A DNA stretch of 25,046 nt, taken from the IMG/VR virus record IMGVR_UViG_3300012232_000048, positions 1-25,046 of that record. The stretch is one strand, 5' to 3'. Made by a program: the position numbers and the translations under genes. Numbering within the stretch: position 1 is the first letter of the stretch; the number at the start of each line of letters is the position of its first letter. This DNA is from a virus (lineage: Duplodnaviria > Caudoviricetes). Shown one piece after another: positions 7,813-15,842 of the stretch. The notes beneath the pieces are model-generated. The model ran no database searches, was not told the origin of the DNA, and saw only the letters and a program-made list of their open reading frames with translations.

Positions 7813-9822
7813 TTAAGCTGTTGCAGCCTTATTCCCGTATCGCTTCCTCAGGATAGCTTCTGCAAGTTCCTTAATCATATCTGATTCACTGAATTGAAGT
7901 TCTTCCTCACCGGGATTCATTCCCCTTCGGAAGTTAACTCTCTTACTTTCAACAATGTTAGTTAACAACTCATCAATTGTCCCTGCACAAATCATGTAGG
8001 GAACTCGAATTGAAACTTTCTTGGGTGTCCCATCTTTCTCGAACAGTGCTTCTTGGAGGTAGGGAGGTAAATCATTGAAGAACAAAGGACGGGAGAAACG
8101 TAATTCAGCCTGTTCCTCATTTGCAGCATTCCACTGACGTTCCATCATCGAAGCATTCTGACAGAACTGGAAGTTTAATCCTTCTCCTGACGCTAACGTG
8201 CTAGCAATCAGCAGACGATTCTTCACGTCAGTCTTAAATGCTTCTTCCTTTTTCGACCGGCTGTCAGGATCTTCTCCACCCTTTAACCTTAAAGCTGGAT
8301 TTAACCCTTGAGAGAGTAGCCAGGTATTCAGCTTATTCTCTAAATCGTCTCCCACATCGATGTGATGATGGAAGATTGTCAACTTCTGCCAGTCCTCAGT
8401 ATCTTCTAGGAACTCAATGGCATCCTCAACCTGAGCATCTACCTTAGCAAGGCCGGTAATATGCTTCAGCTTCATCATTTCAGCGGCCATTCCAGCAGTA
8501 TTCGTTGTTCCACCGCTGAGAACTAGATCCTTCAGAACGGCTGCTACTTTTCCTTCAGCCTTTTCGTATGCTTCTCCGTAAATATCTTCCAGTTCAACGT
8601 ATCTAACCTGACGATTGATCTTCGGTAGGTCGGGAAGAACGTCATCCCTCATACGTCGGATTACGAAGTCTTTGGTGAATTCTCGAAACTGAGCAATATT
8701 CCGGATTCCCCCTTCTTTCCATTTGCCGGAGGCTGAGTCATAATTAAAGTTTACCCACCTGTTCTGAAAGTGTTTGTAAGAGGGGAACCTCTCAGGCATC
8801 AGCATATTCAGGACTGAGAAGTATTCGCTTGCTCTGTTCTTCCACGGAGTTCCAGACAATCCGATAAAGAACTTGACGCTGTTCACGAGTTTCCGAACTT
8901 CCTGCGTTCTCGTTGAGTCCGGATTCTTAATGTGCTGAACCTCGTCGAAGATAATCGAGTTCAGCCCGAGAGCATCGAGTTTTTCTTGAGGGATTCTACG
9001 GAGGAGATCCATAGAAATGATGAACAGTTTGGTATTCGGCAGGGGGAAGAACTTGGAATGGCGGATAATCTGGGGGAGTCCAACCTTTTCAATCCCTAGC
9101 CAGTCCATATTCTCCTTCAATGCTTGCATTGTCAGAGTTTTCTTGGTAATCCAACCGCAAGGAAATGCTAGGTCGCCCCAATAATTCAGGAAGGAACAAG
9201 CCTGAGCCGTTTTCCCTAATCCCGGTTCGTCTGCGATGAGGCAACGACCGTTAGCGCGCCGGATAAACTCAGCCCCTTCAACCTGATATTTGAACAGTTT
9301 CTTACCTGATTTGGAGGTCCAGTCATTAAACCCGGCTACTCCTACCAGTTTATCCTGTGCAATCAGGTGTCCACATTCCAACTTTAGATACGTTTTGTCA
9401 CCAAAGTTGGCCCTACTTGTTTCAATAGCAGTCTTTCCACAAGTTGGACACTTCTTTGTGAGTGGTGGAATGTGAACTCGTTCCTTTTGTTCGGCTGGAC
9501 TCACTGCCCTACTCTCGTTCCGAAACATTAGACCGGTTACACTTGCTGTGCATCCGATTTCCTTTGCTTTGGCTTTCCATACGTCGTCATGTGCATGGTT
9601 TGGACCCACTAATGCGTGGGCTATCTCATGCAACATGGTATCAACGAACTGTTGTTCGTTTGTTGAGTTCAACATGACCGTGCTAATGGCGATAATCTTG
9701 TTCTGATACCAACACTGTCCAAGTTTCGTTGGACTCTTGTTGAATTCTATCTTCCATTCGGAAATGTTGTGCTCTCGAAGTAGCTTATTCCCTAACTCTA
9801 GAGCTTCGTGTTGTCTAATCAT
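7813..9822 (-). CDS. SprT-like metalloprotease + Zn ribbon + SNF2/SMARCAL1-like helicase fusion
   Basis: LGQC, TMLHEIAHAL, HDDVWK (SprT); CPTC...CGH; ADEPGLGKT, IFDEVQ, LSGTP, ASGEGLNF, QAELRFSR (SF2 motifs). Confidence 0.9.
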   Translation of the reverse strand: MIRQHEALELGNKLLREHNISEWKIEFNKSPTKLGQCWYQNKIIAISTVMLNSTNEQQFVDTMLHEIAHALVGPNHAHDDVWKAKAKEIGCTASVTGLMFRNESRAVSPAEQKERVHIPPLTKKCPTCGKTAIETSRANFGDKTYLKLECGHLIAQDKLVGVAGFNDWTSKSGKKLFKYQVEGAEFIRRANGRCLIADEPGLGKTAQACSFLNYWGDLAFPCGWITKKTLTMQALKENMDWLGIEKVGLPQIIRHSKFFPLPNTKLFIISMDLLRRIPQEKLDALGLNSIIFDEVQHIKNPDSTRTQEVRKLVNSVKFFIGLSGTPWKNRASEYFSVLNMLMPERFPSYKHFQNRWVNFNYDSASGKWKEGGIRNIAQFREFTKDFVIRRMRDDVLPDLPKINRQVRYVELEDIYGEAYEKAEGKVAAVLKDLVLSGGTTNTAGMAAEMMKLKHITGLAKVDAQVEDAIEFLEDTEDWQKLTIFHHHIDVGDDLENKLNTWLLSQGLNPALRLKGGEDPDSRSKKEEAFKTDVKNRLLIASTLASGEGLNFQFCQNASMMERQWNAANEEQAELRFSRPLFFNDLPPYLQEALFEKDGTPKKVSIRVPYMICAGTIDELLTNIVESKRVNFRRGMNPGEEELQFSESDMIKELAEAILRKRYGNKAATA

Positions 9823-9825
9823 CTG

Positions 9826-10083
9826 TTAACTTTTTGAATTTTTGCTCGATCGCGCCAGTTTTGCCTGCTTAGCCATCAACTTCTTCCATTTGGCTAGTTT
9901 CTTCTGGTCAACTCCTGGCTTCTTCGACCAGTGAACTTGTCGCTTCACTCCGACTGTCTCAATAATCTCCTTAGCCTTTTTCGCCTTACTCCTGATTGTC
10001 ATCCTCGACTCGATGAGATTGATTGCCGAGTCCAGATTATCTCTTTCCGTTCTTAAACTTTCGAGTAACATCTGAAGGTTCAT
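9826..10083 (-). CDS. Small basic coiled-coil protein, possibly nucleoid-associated
   Basis: MNLQMLLESLRTERDNLDSAINLIE N-terminal helix and Lys-rich C-terminus; GAGG upstream of ATG at 10083. Confidence 0.6.
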   Translation of the reverse strand: MNLQMLLESLRTERDNLDSAINLIESRMTIRSKAKKAKEIIETVGVKRQVHWSKKPGVDQKKLAKWKKLMAKQAKLARSSKNSKS

Positions 10084-10252
10084 TGTAAGCCTCGTGAATT
10101 GGCACATTGAGAACTTGTGCGAGTAACGTGTTGGTAACAAAGGACATTGAGCAATCGTGTCTAAGTGCTAGGGAACGAATCTTGTTCTTAATCTGGTGCT
10201 TAACTCCGGCTGCCAGTTTTTCCCTTCGAGGGTCTCTTGCTTGAAATCTCAT
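10037..10252 (-). CDS. Ribbon-helix-helix-like DNA-binding protein
   Basis: LAAGVKHQIKNKIRSLALRHDCSMSFVTNTLL fits the RHH pattern. Confidence 0.6.
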   Translation of the reverse strand: MRFQARDPRREKLAAGVKHQIKNKIRSLALRHDCSMSFVTNTLLAQVLNVPIHEAYNEPSDVTRKFKNGKR

Positions 10253-10449
10253 TCTTTAATCTCATTTAGTTGTAGAAGCTGTTAAGTTGAATGATAATTG
10301 TCTTGGTGTCCTTCTTACTTACTTCTAAGACTCCCTTAGCGTGAATAACCTGAAGTTTTGTTTGCTTGGAGTTAATCTGTTTAACTCGTCTCACTACTTG
10401 ATTCTTTCCGGAATCATTCAGAATAATTAGTTTCATTCTTTAATCTCAT
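10249..10449. repeat. 17-bp exact direct repeat flanking a small gene
   Basis: TCATTCTTTAATCTCAT at 10249-10265 and 10433-10449. Confidence 0.9.
10266..10436 (-). CDS. Small hypothetical protein (56 aa)
   Basis: Manual translation MKLIILNDSGKNQVVRRVKQ...NSFYN*; bounded by a 17-bp direct repeat. Confidence 0.6.
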   Translation of the reverse strand: MKLIILNDSGKNQVVRRVKQINSKQTKLQVIHAKGVLEVSKKDTKTIIIQLNSFYN

Positions 10450-10453
10450 AAAG

Positions 10454-10693
10454 TCAGTGAAGTGTCTGTTGTGGCGGAAAGACGACGCCCTTGCCGTTAA
10501 CCCAATCGAAACAACAATAGTCCTCGCCATCAGTAACGATTACCCGTTTGACGATGCCGAGTTTAGCGGCTACCGAATGAATGTAATGTTCGGCAACCTT
10601 TGCAGCTTCTTGTGCGGTTACGAAAGTTCTGACGTATTCGTAGCTATTGTCCTCGAAGAACTGGACAACTGAGAATTCTTTTTCCTCATTCAT
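10454..10693 (-). CDS. Hypothetical phage protein
   Basis: 79 aa; globular-looking sequence; overlaps the upstream ORF. Confidence 0.75.
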   Translation of the reverse strand: MNEEKEFSVVQFFEDNSYEYVRTFVTAQEAAKVAEHYIHSVAAKLGIVKRVIVTDGEDYCCFDWVNGKGVVFPPQQTLH

Positions 10694-10871
10694 GGTGCGC
10701 GGCCTCTAACTCCAAACAGCGTGCTTGCAAAAGCCCATTGTTATAGATGGCTAACTGGAGAGCAGAGGCGAGATCGCGGATGAGGTGAAATGTCGAGAGG
10801 TCATTCCTTGCATACGATGGCATGTCTTGCCACCGCTGCACCCGTGACAGGAGCGCATCATTATTAGTCAT
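10686..10871 (-). CDS. Hypothetical protein
   Basis: 61 aa; overlaps both neighbours. Confidence 0.6.
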   Translation of the reverse strand: MTNNDALLSRVQRWQDMPSYARNDLSTFHLIRDLASALQLAIYNNGLLQARCLELEAAHHE

Positions 10872-10975
10872 GGAAAGTAATCCTCAAAGTATTGGCCCAT
10901 TGGCTCTGTTAAATAGAGAAAGAGAATGACCATTACGATTAGAATAAAGATTGATTCCATCTCGTATCTGGTCAT
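10868..10975 (-). CDS. Small membrane peptide (35 aa)
   Basis: MTRYEMESIFILIVMVILFLYLTEPMGQYFEDYFP*; SD GAGG. Confidence 0.5.
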   Translation of the reverse strand: MTRYEMESIFILIVMVILFLYLTEPMGQYFEDYFP

Positions 10976-11003
10976 CTGTCCTCACTTCGTTCGGACGATT
11001 CCT

Positions 11004-11117
11004 TTATTCACCCTTTATCTTGCTAACCAAGACGAAAACCCAGAATAGGATGAATAAAAAGAATAGAACCGGCGCGCCAGAGTGACATTCGTATACATCA
11101 CAGGCCCACGGTCTCAT
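11004..11117 (-). CDS. Small membrane peptide (37 aa)
   Basis: MRPWACDVYECHSGAPVLFFLFILFWVFVLVSKIKGE*; ATGA overlap with the upstream gene. Confidence 0.5.
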   Translation of the reverse strand: MRPWACDVYECHSGAPVLFFLFILFWVFVLVSKIKGE

Positions 11118-11365
11118 TCCTGCCAGCCTCGTTCAATCTTATCAGCGCAGGAGTTGCAAATGGTGTAACTCGGACGGAGTTTTACCCGTCTGTTACACTT
11201 ACTACACCGTTTCCACACAGATTCTTTCTGAACCTGCTTGTAGAATGCCCGGTTATCTTCCCCATCCGGACCGTCCATATCTTCCCAAACACCGAAGTTG
11301 TCGTCGTAATAAATGGGCACGTTGCGCCTCCTGAAAACTCTTGGAATTGGATTGAACTGTTTCAC
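11114..11365 (-). CDS. Zinc-finger protein
   Basis: CSKC...CNSC. Confidence 0.7.
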   Translation of the reverse strand: MKQFNPIPRVFRRRNVPIYYDDNFGVWEDMDGPDGEDNRAFYKQVQKESVWKRCSKCNRRVKLRPSYTICNSCADKIERGWQE

Positions 11366-11376
11366 CTGAAAAAACT

Positions 11377-11565
11377 CTAGCTAACTTCTTCCAGCCAAGC
11401 CTCGATTACCCGGATTACACAACCGGGATGGTGCTCCTCATATTCGAAACAGTTCTTGCATTGCCCAACGAAATCATCATAACCGATTGAACGGAGCATC
11501 CAAGTATCCTTGACGATTTCCTTCAAGTCCTCGATTAAGTCTGCATCGTTTAGAACGGTTGGCAT
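11377..11565 (-). CDS. Small Zn-binding hypothetical protein
   Basis: CKNC...HHPGC. Start moved to MPTVLND at 11565 to avoid a long overlap. Confidence 0.55.
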   Translation of the reverse strand: MPTVLNDADLIEDLKEIVKDTWMLRSIGYDDFVGQCKNCFEYEEHHPGCVIRVIEAWLEEVS

Positions 11566-11596
11566 CTTAACCTTGATTTTCGGCTCCTCTTCCTTT

Positions 11597-12379
11597 TCAT
11601 TGGTTAGGATACGGTCTACCCGTGAAAGGATTGATTTTAAGTTTGGGTCCATCTGTCTTAATCTCCTTATTCTTAACTTGCCCTTGTAATTTCTTGAGAA
11701 TGTCGGATGAACTTTCCCGAACAACTGTTGGAACTTCCTTAATCTGGTCCTTCGTCTGACCTACGATGGCCTCGAACTTCTTTTCCCTCGCTGTTGCCTT
11801 AATTACTCTTAAGGCTTCAACGGTAATTCCTAGCGCGGCTGCCATCTTAGCCTCAGCTTGCGCGCTAATTTCATTCGTCGGGACTAATTTCTTCCCTGCT
11901 TCCTTCTTACTCTTACCAATACCTGTTAAGTTAGCTTCCTCCCTAGCCTTTCGCTTGAGAAGGTCAATCTCATTACTCCACCTTTCATCCTTATGTCTAA
12001 CTGCGTAGAGGATACCTTTTCTTCTGCTAAAGATTTCCTCAATCTCAGCAAGTGTGCAATTAACAATGGCCGGAGGACGATGGTTGTAGAAGTCGTCGTG
12101 ACATTTGAGGGTTTCTTCGCGCGTGAGGGGCCAGTTTTCAAATATCTTCTCCAAATCTTCTAATACTTCGAACGCGCGTGCTTTCCTCGCTTCGAAGGAG
12201 TCAGGGTCAATTTTGTCCTGATTCTCGAAATGAGTCTCATCCTTGTTTTCCATAATCGCATTTAAACATTCATCGCATATCGGATTCCCTTGCCATAGAC
12301 CAGCAAGAGCACTGGTCTGAGGAAGTTGACGGTCGATACACGACTGACATTTTAATTCAATCGTTTCTGTTGGAATCAT
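11597..12379 (-). CDS. Hypothetical protein with N-terminal Zn ribbon
   Basis: 260 aa; CQSC...CDEC followed by a helical charged region. Confidence 0.8.
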   Translation of the reverse strand: MIPTETIELKCQSCIDRQLPQTSALAGLWQGNPICDECLNAIMENKDETHFENQDKIDPDSFEARKARAFEVLEDLEKIFENWPLTREETLKCHDDFYNHRPPAIVNCTLAEIEEIFSRRKGILYAVRHKDERWSNEIDLLKRKAREEANLTGIGKSKKEAGKKLVPTNEISAQAEAKMAAALGITVEALRVIKATAREKKFEAIVGQTKDQIKEVPTVVRESSSDILKKLQGQVKNKEIKTDGPKLKINPFTGRPYPNQ

Positions 12380-12633
12380 CTCTTTGTCTTTTGTGGACGT
12401 TTAATAACGTCGTTGGGATTTTCCATGCCTCTTGCCCAAACTGTCTTTTCGTCAATCCATTTCCTACCCTTGTAATTCCTGTCCCTCTCTAAGAGAACTA
12501 GGTCGCAACGTTTCGGCCTATTGTGCGGAAGTGCGAGGGAGTAAGCCTCCTCGATACTCTTGAGTCTGACCGATTTAAGTTCGTAATGTGTTATCGGGTC
12601 TTTCTCCTCCCAATAACTTAGTCTGTAAGCCAT
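12376..12633 (-). CDS. Hypothetical protein
   Basis: 85 aa; coupled start and stop. Confidence 0.65.
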   Translation of the reverse strand: MAYRLSYWEEKDPITHYELKSVRLKSIEEAYSLALPHNRPKRCDLVLLERDRNYKGRKWIDEKTVWARGMENPNDVIKRPQKTKR

Positions 12634-12875
12634 TATTCGTAACCTCTGAATTCCTCTGGAAGGGCCGAATCTATCTTGAACGCGTTGTCACCGATGCTGA
12701 AGAATTGAATTGCATCCCAATTCTCTTTGATAATGTTGAAGAATTTGTCTGCCTCCTCAAGATATTTCTTGGCTTGCTCATCCTTACCCTGTTTTACGCA
12801 GTAGATGGCTGAGTCGTTGCAGTCTCGGAACCAGCCAGGATAGTATACGGCGAAAGCTTTGTAAAATTTCATCAA
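12633..12875 (-). CDS. Hypothetical protein
   Basis: 80 aa; coupled start and stop. Confidence 0.65.
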   Translation of the reverse strand: MMKFYKAFAVYYPGWFRDCNDSAIYCVKQGKDEQAKKYLEEADKFFNIIKENWDAIQFFSIGDNAFKIDSALPEEFRGYE

Positions 12876-13033
12876 TCAATCCTTTCAATTTCAATGTAAG
12901 GGAATCCGTGCGAGTGGAAGAATTCGTCGATGTAGGCAGTGACGAATTCATTCGAGCAGCTGTAATAGATGTGCTCGGTGATGTAAAGGTCACCTTTTGA
13001 ATTCTTGGAATGGAGTGTAATCTTGATGGTCAT
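12872..13033 (-). CDS. Small hypothetical protein (53 aa)
   Basis: Manual translation MTIKITLHSKNSKGDLYITEH...IERID*; overlaps both neighbours by 4 nt. Confidence 0.6.
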   Translation of the reverse strand: MTIKITLHSKNSKGDLYITEHIYYSCSNEFVTAYIDEFFHSHGFPYIEIERID

Positions 13034-13317
13034 TTCAATTCCTTTAATTCGTAATCGTGAACGGTGGTAAATGTGTATTTGAATGGTTTAACTGGCTGGT
13101 CATCATCAAACTTTCGGATAAAGACACGGAACTTTGACGGGAGGCATTCTACCTTCCTCTCAATTACCATTGTTCTAGTGCCCACCGAAATGTCGGAATC
13201 AGCGGCGAAGCTTCTAGCTAATGAACGTGTGATTGGACAGTTACTAGAACTTCTCGCACAACCTCGCTTAATATCTTCTTGGGTAACTTCCCCTTTAATA
13301 GTCATCATTTTCCTCAA
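13030..13317 (-). CDS. Hypothetical phage protein
   Basis: EVTQEDIKRG...NCPITRSL...FIRKFD pattern. Confidence 0.7.
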   Translation of the reverse strand: MRKMMTIKGEVTQEDIKRGCARSSSNCPITRSLARSFAADSDISVGTRTMVIERKVECLPSKFRVFIRKFDDDQPVKPFKYTFTTVHDYELKELK

Positions 13318-13783
13318 CTGGAATTGATTCAGTAAACTTCTGAATTCGAAGTTCTCTTTTCTTGGTTAATTCTTCCTCAATCTGTTGGTTGAGTTTCTCC
13401 TGAACTTCCTCATTTAATGTTTTAGGATTCTCCCTCTTACGCTTACACTTCCAGCAAACAGTTCTAGCTTGTGGGGAGGCACCTTTAGAATGACCATTGA
13501 AGGAATTACAAACACGTCCATTATGAGGAAATTCGTAATCGCATCTCCAACCTTCATTGGAAATAATATCTCTGAATCTCGGCTCGGATTTCTTCCTTAA
13601 TTCCTCTTGGGCTGTAAGTAATTCAGAGATATTAAATTCATCCCGTAAGCGTCTAGGCGGTTTGTAGGTTCCTTTTAGGATATCGGACAGGGTATCAGAC
13701 GGGGATTCTAGGGTTTCGTCCGATAGCCCTAACCCTTGCTCTGTCAACGAGTTAAACCGATTTGAAGCCTCACTCATAGGCAC
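13295..13783 (-). CDS. Zn-ribbon protein directly downstream of a sigma70 promoter
   Basis: WRC...CNSFN...CWKCKRKR (RanBP2-like spacing); SD GGGGAGGGG. Confidence 0.7.
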   Translation of the reverse strand: MPMSEASNRFNSLTEQGLGLSDETLESPSDTLSDILKGTYKPPRRLRDEFNISELLTAQEELRKKSEPRFRDIISNEGWRCDYEFPHNGRVCNSFNGHSKGASPQARTVCWKCKRKRENPKTLNEEVQEKLNQQIEEELTKKRELRIQKFTESIPVEENDDY

Positions 13784-13793
13784 CCCCTCCCCT

Positions 13794-13823
13794 AGTATAC
13801 CATGCTGAGGGCCACCCTGTCAA
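13794..13823 (-). promoter_or_regulatory. sigma70-type promoter
   Basis: TTGACA (13823-13818), 18-nt spacer, TATACT (13799-13794), with extended -10 TGn. Confidence 0.75.
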
Positions 13824-13840
13824 CCCCCCTCGCAGGGTGG

Positions 13841-13956
13841 TGTCCTCTCTAGGTGACACTATTTGTTGGTGGGTTTGTTATATATTCTTATATATATATA
13901 TATTATATATAAAGAGATACAAACAACCCCACACCGACTGTCCTCTGGAGGTGACA
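13841..13956. other. Putative replication origin: AT tract flanked by two 18-bp quasi-palindromic repeats
   Basis: TGTCCTCTctAGGTGACA (13841-13858) and TGTCCTCTggAGGTGACA (13939-13956) surround a (TA)n-rich tract at about 13879-13913. Confidence 0.45.
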
Positions 13957-14139
13957 GGAGGGGGGCAGAGTGTGTGGTCGAAACGAGGGGATAGGGATAC
14001 CCCCCTTGCGAAATCCACGAGATCCCTAGGAAATTCGTAGAAACCCCACCCTCAGAGGTGCCTACGAATACCCTAATGATACCGATAAAGGCCCGTAAAA
14101 CATGCCTAGACGTTCCAACCAGATTAACATAATCAACGC

Positions 14140-14189
14140 AAAAAGGGTAGAATCAGGGACTATTTCCCCAATTCTACCCCCTTTCTTTT
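14140..14189. terminator. Rho-independent terminator, possibly bidirectional
   Basis: GGGTAGAAT (14145-14153)/ATTCTACCC (14171-14179) with an A tract on the left and a T-rich tract on the right. Confidence 0.7.
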
Positions 14190-14243
14190 CCGAGCTAGCC
14201 GCTTAATCTCGATTAGATTTAAGCGACGAGCGTAGCGAGTCGA

Positions 14244-14711
14244 TTACTTCTTAGCGCCAGCCAACAGAGCACGGACGGAAACTTCATCCATCCCGGTTGA
14301 CTTAACGAGATCCTTAACAGCCCGCTCGAATGCCTTGGTCTTATCTTCCTCAGTAACAGGCTTATACTGATTACGGATGGACTGGGACTTAGCGGAATAC
14401 GCGAGGGTTTCCTTCTTATCGTTGTAGAGTTCGATAAGAGAAGCGATAACCTTTCCCGCTGCCTCGCCCGGAAAAACTTCTCCGAGGAAGTTAATCTGGT
14501 CATCCGACAACGGGTGTCCCTCAGCAGCAAAGAGTTCTGCGAAGTTGGAAATCTTATACCACTCGTAAGGAATATCCCGACCCTCATACAGAGGATTACC
14601 GTTTTCATCCTTAACATTCAGGATGCCGATTTTGCCCACAACGAGCGTGCCAACAGGCGTTGGTTCGGTGGACGTTTCGGGGGTGGCGGGAATTTCGATG
14701 GGTTCGTTCAT
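14244..14711 (-). CDS. Hypothetical early protein (monocistronic)
   Basis: 155 aa; SD AAGGA; has its own promoter and terminator. Confidence 0.85.
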   Translation of the reverse strand: MNEPIEIPATPETSTEPTPVGTLVVGKIGILNVKDENGNPLYEGRDIPYEWYKISNFAELFAAEGHPLSDDQINFLGEVFPGEAAGKVIASLIELYNDKKETLAYSAKSQSIRNQYKPVTEEDKTKAFERAVKDLVKSTGMDEVSVRALLAGAKK

Positions 14712-14780
14712 TGTTCTGTGTCCTTCTAAGATGCCGGGGTGTCCGGCTTTGTAAAGGGGCGGTATTGCCCCACTGAAAGG

Positions 14781-14809
14781 ATTCTATCATGACCGACTAG
14801 CAGTGTCAA
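14781..14809 (-). promoter_or_regulatory. sigma70-type promoter
   Basis: TTGACA (14809-14804), 17-nt spacer, TAGAAT (14786-14781), with extended -10 TGn. Confidence 0.85.
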
Positions 14810-14877
14810 GTAGAATCCGACTAAGAGGGTTCGATTTTTACGTTTTGACGCGACCGAGCGAGTTAAACCCTCCACTG

Positions 14878-14942
14878 ATTATTCTGTCCTCTTTCGTGGA
14901 CGCTATTGTTAATCGTCCGATAAAGTTAGAGGACAGAATAAT
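14878..14942. repeat. 15-bp perfect inverted repeat / long hairpin
   Basis: ATTATTCTGTCCTCT (14878-14892)/AGAGGACAGAATAAT (14928-14942) with an inner GGACG/CGTCC stem. Confidence 0.85.
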
Positions 14943-14953
14943 GTATGCAGTGT

Positions 14954-15166
14954 TTACTCCACTTTGTGCTTTTCAGCCAGTTCCTTAATCGCTAGTTCTG
15001 CAATATCCCCTAATCCAACTCTAACAGGTAATCCCTCAGGAGTTACGATGTTTTTGTTGTTAAAGTAATTTACTATCCTAATAAGCAAAGTGTAAGAGGG
15101 AAGTCGTAATCCTACGCTTCCACCTTTCTTACTTTTCGGCCCTATGCCTGTTCCTTTTGAAGCCAA
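14954..15166 (-). CDS. Small basic protein, possibly RHH-like DNA-binding
   Basis: SVGLRLPSYTLLIRI...LGDIAELAIKEL; SD GGAAG. Confidence 0.6.
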   Translation of the reverse strand: MASKGTGIGPKSKKGGSVGLRLPSYTLLIRIVNYFNNKNIVTPEGLPVRVGLGDIAELAIKELAEKHKVE

Positions 15167-15179
15167 TTTAATTTCTTCC

Positions 15180-15320
15180 TTAATCGTCTTGTGAAGGATC
15201 TGTTAAGCTAACTGCCGTGTGAACTATGAAGTTATACAGTTCAACCAACGTAATTGCTCCTTCCTCGTATTGCTGGATTACCCACTTGATTCTCTTGAGC
15301 ATTTCTTCTTTTGTGATCAT
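15180..15320 (-). CDS. Small helical protein (46 aa, SHOCT-like motif)
   Basis: MITKEEMLKRIKWVIQQYEEGAITLVEL; start moved to 15320 (SD GGAAGG, ATGA overlap). Confidence 0.6.
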   Translation of the reverse strand: MITKEEMLKRIKWVIQQYEEGAITLVELYNFIVHTAVSLTDPSQDD

Positions 15321-15652
15321 CTTTCCTTCCTCACTACATCCAGAATTCGTTTCGGAGTTTTCCCTTTGCTCATTTCCATCTTTCGCGCGATGCCGGTTCC
15401 CCCACAAATTGTGCATTGAGATTCTGTGTATCCTGCATTTGGTTCATTCCCCGAGCCCTTGCAGTGTGAGCACTCGTAACGAGAGTGCCTAATGGGAGAA
15501 GGGACAGGGACTACTGATAGAGCGCGCCATTTAACCCCTGGCAAGTTTGTATTCAGGAGTCGAAGAACTTCCTGCATTGCATCATCTTCATCCGATGCTG
15601 CAACGATACAGTCAACGATTACTATGAACTTAGGCATTATCTTCTCTTTCAT
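15317..15652 (-). CDS. Protein with DnaJ-type CxxCxGxG zinc finger
   Basis: CSHCKGSG and CTICGGTG. Confidence 0.7.
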   Translation of the reverse strand: MKEKIMPKFIVIVDCIVAASDEDDAMQEVLRLLNTNLPGVKWRALSVVPVPSPIRHSRYECSHCKGSGNEPNAGYTESQCTICGGTGIARKMEMSKGKTPKRILDVVRKER

Positions 15653-15842
15653 TAAGCTGAAGATTTAAGAACTTGATCAAGTCCGCCTTCAATTCCCGAG
15701 TTTCATCCTCATCATAACGGAAGTATTCTTCGATTCCCTTGATTGTTTCCTTCAGTGTTTCCTTATCCGAAATTTCAATTCGCGCGATAGCAGTTCCGAG
15801 CATATCGACGATTGTGACAGCGAGTTCTCTTGAGTTAAACAT
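15630..15842 (-). CDS. Hypothetical protein
   Basis: 70 aa; overlaps both neighbours. Confidence 0.65.
   Translation of the reverse strand: MFNSRELAVTIVDMLGTAIARIEISDKETLKETIKGIEEYFRYDEDETRELKADLIKFLNLQLNEREDNA

Noticed and set aside
12784-12993. 69-aa ORF from the track
   Set aside because: The 12872-13033 frame couples cleanly to both neighbours.
13837-14040. 67-aa plus-strand ORF across the TA tract
   Set aside because: It is a low-complexity translation of a repeat region, opposite to the local gene direction.
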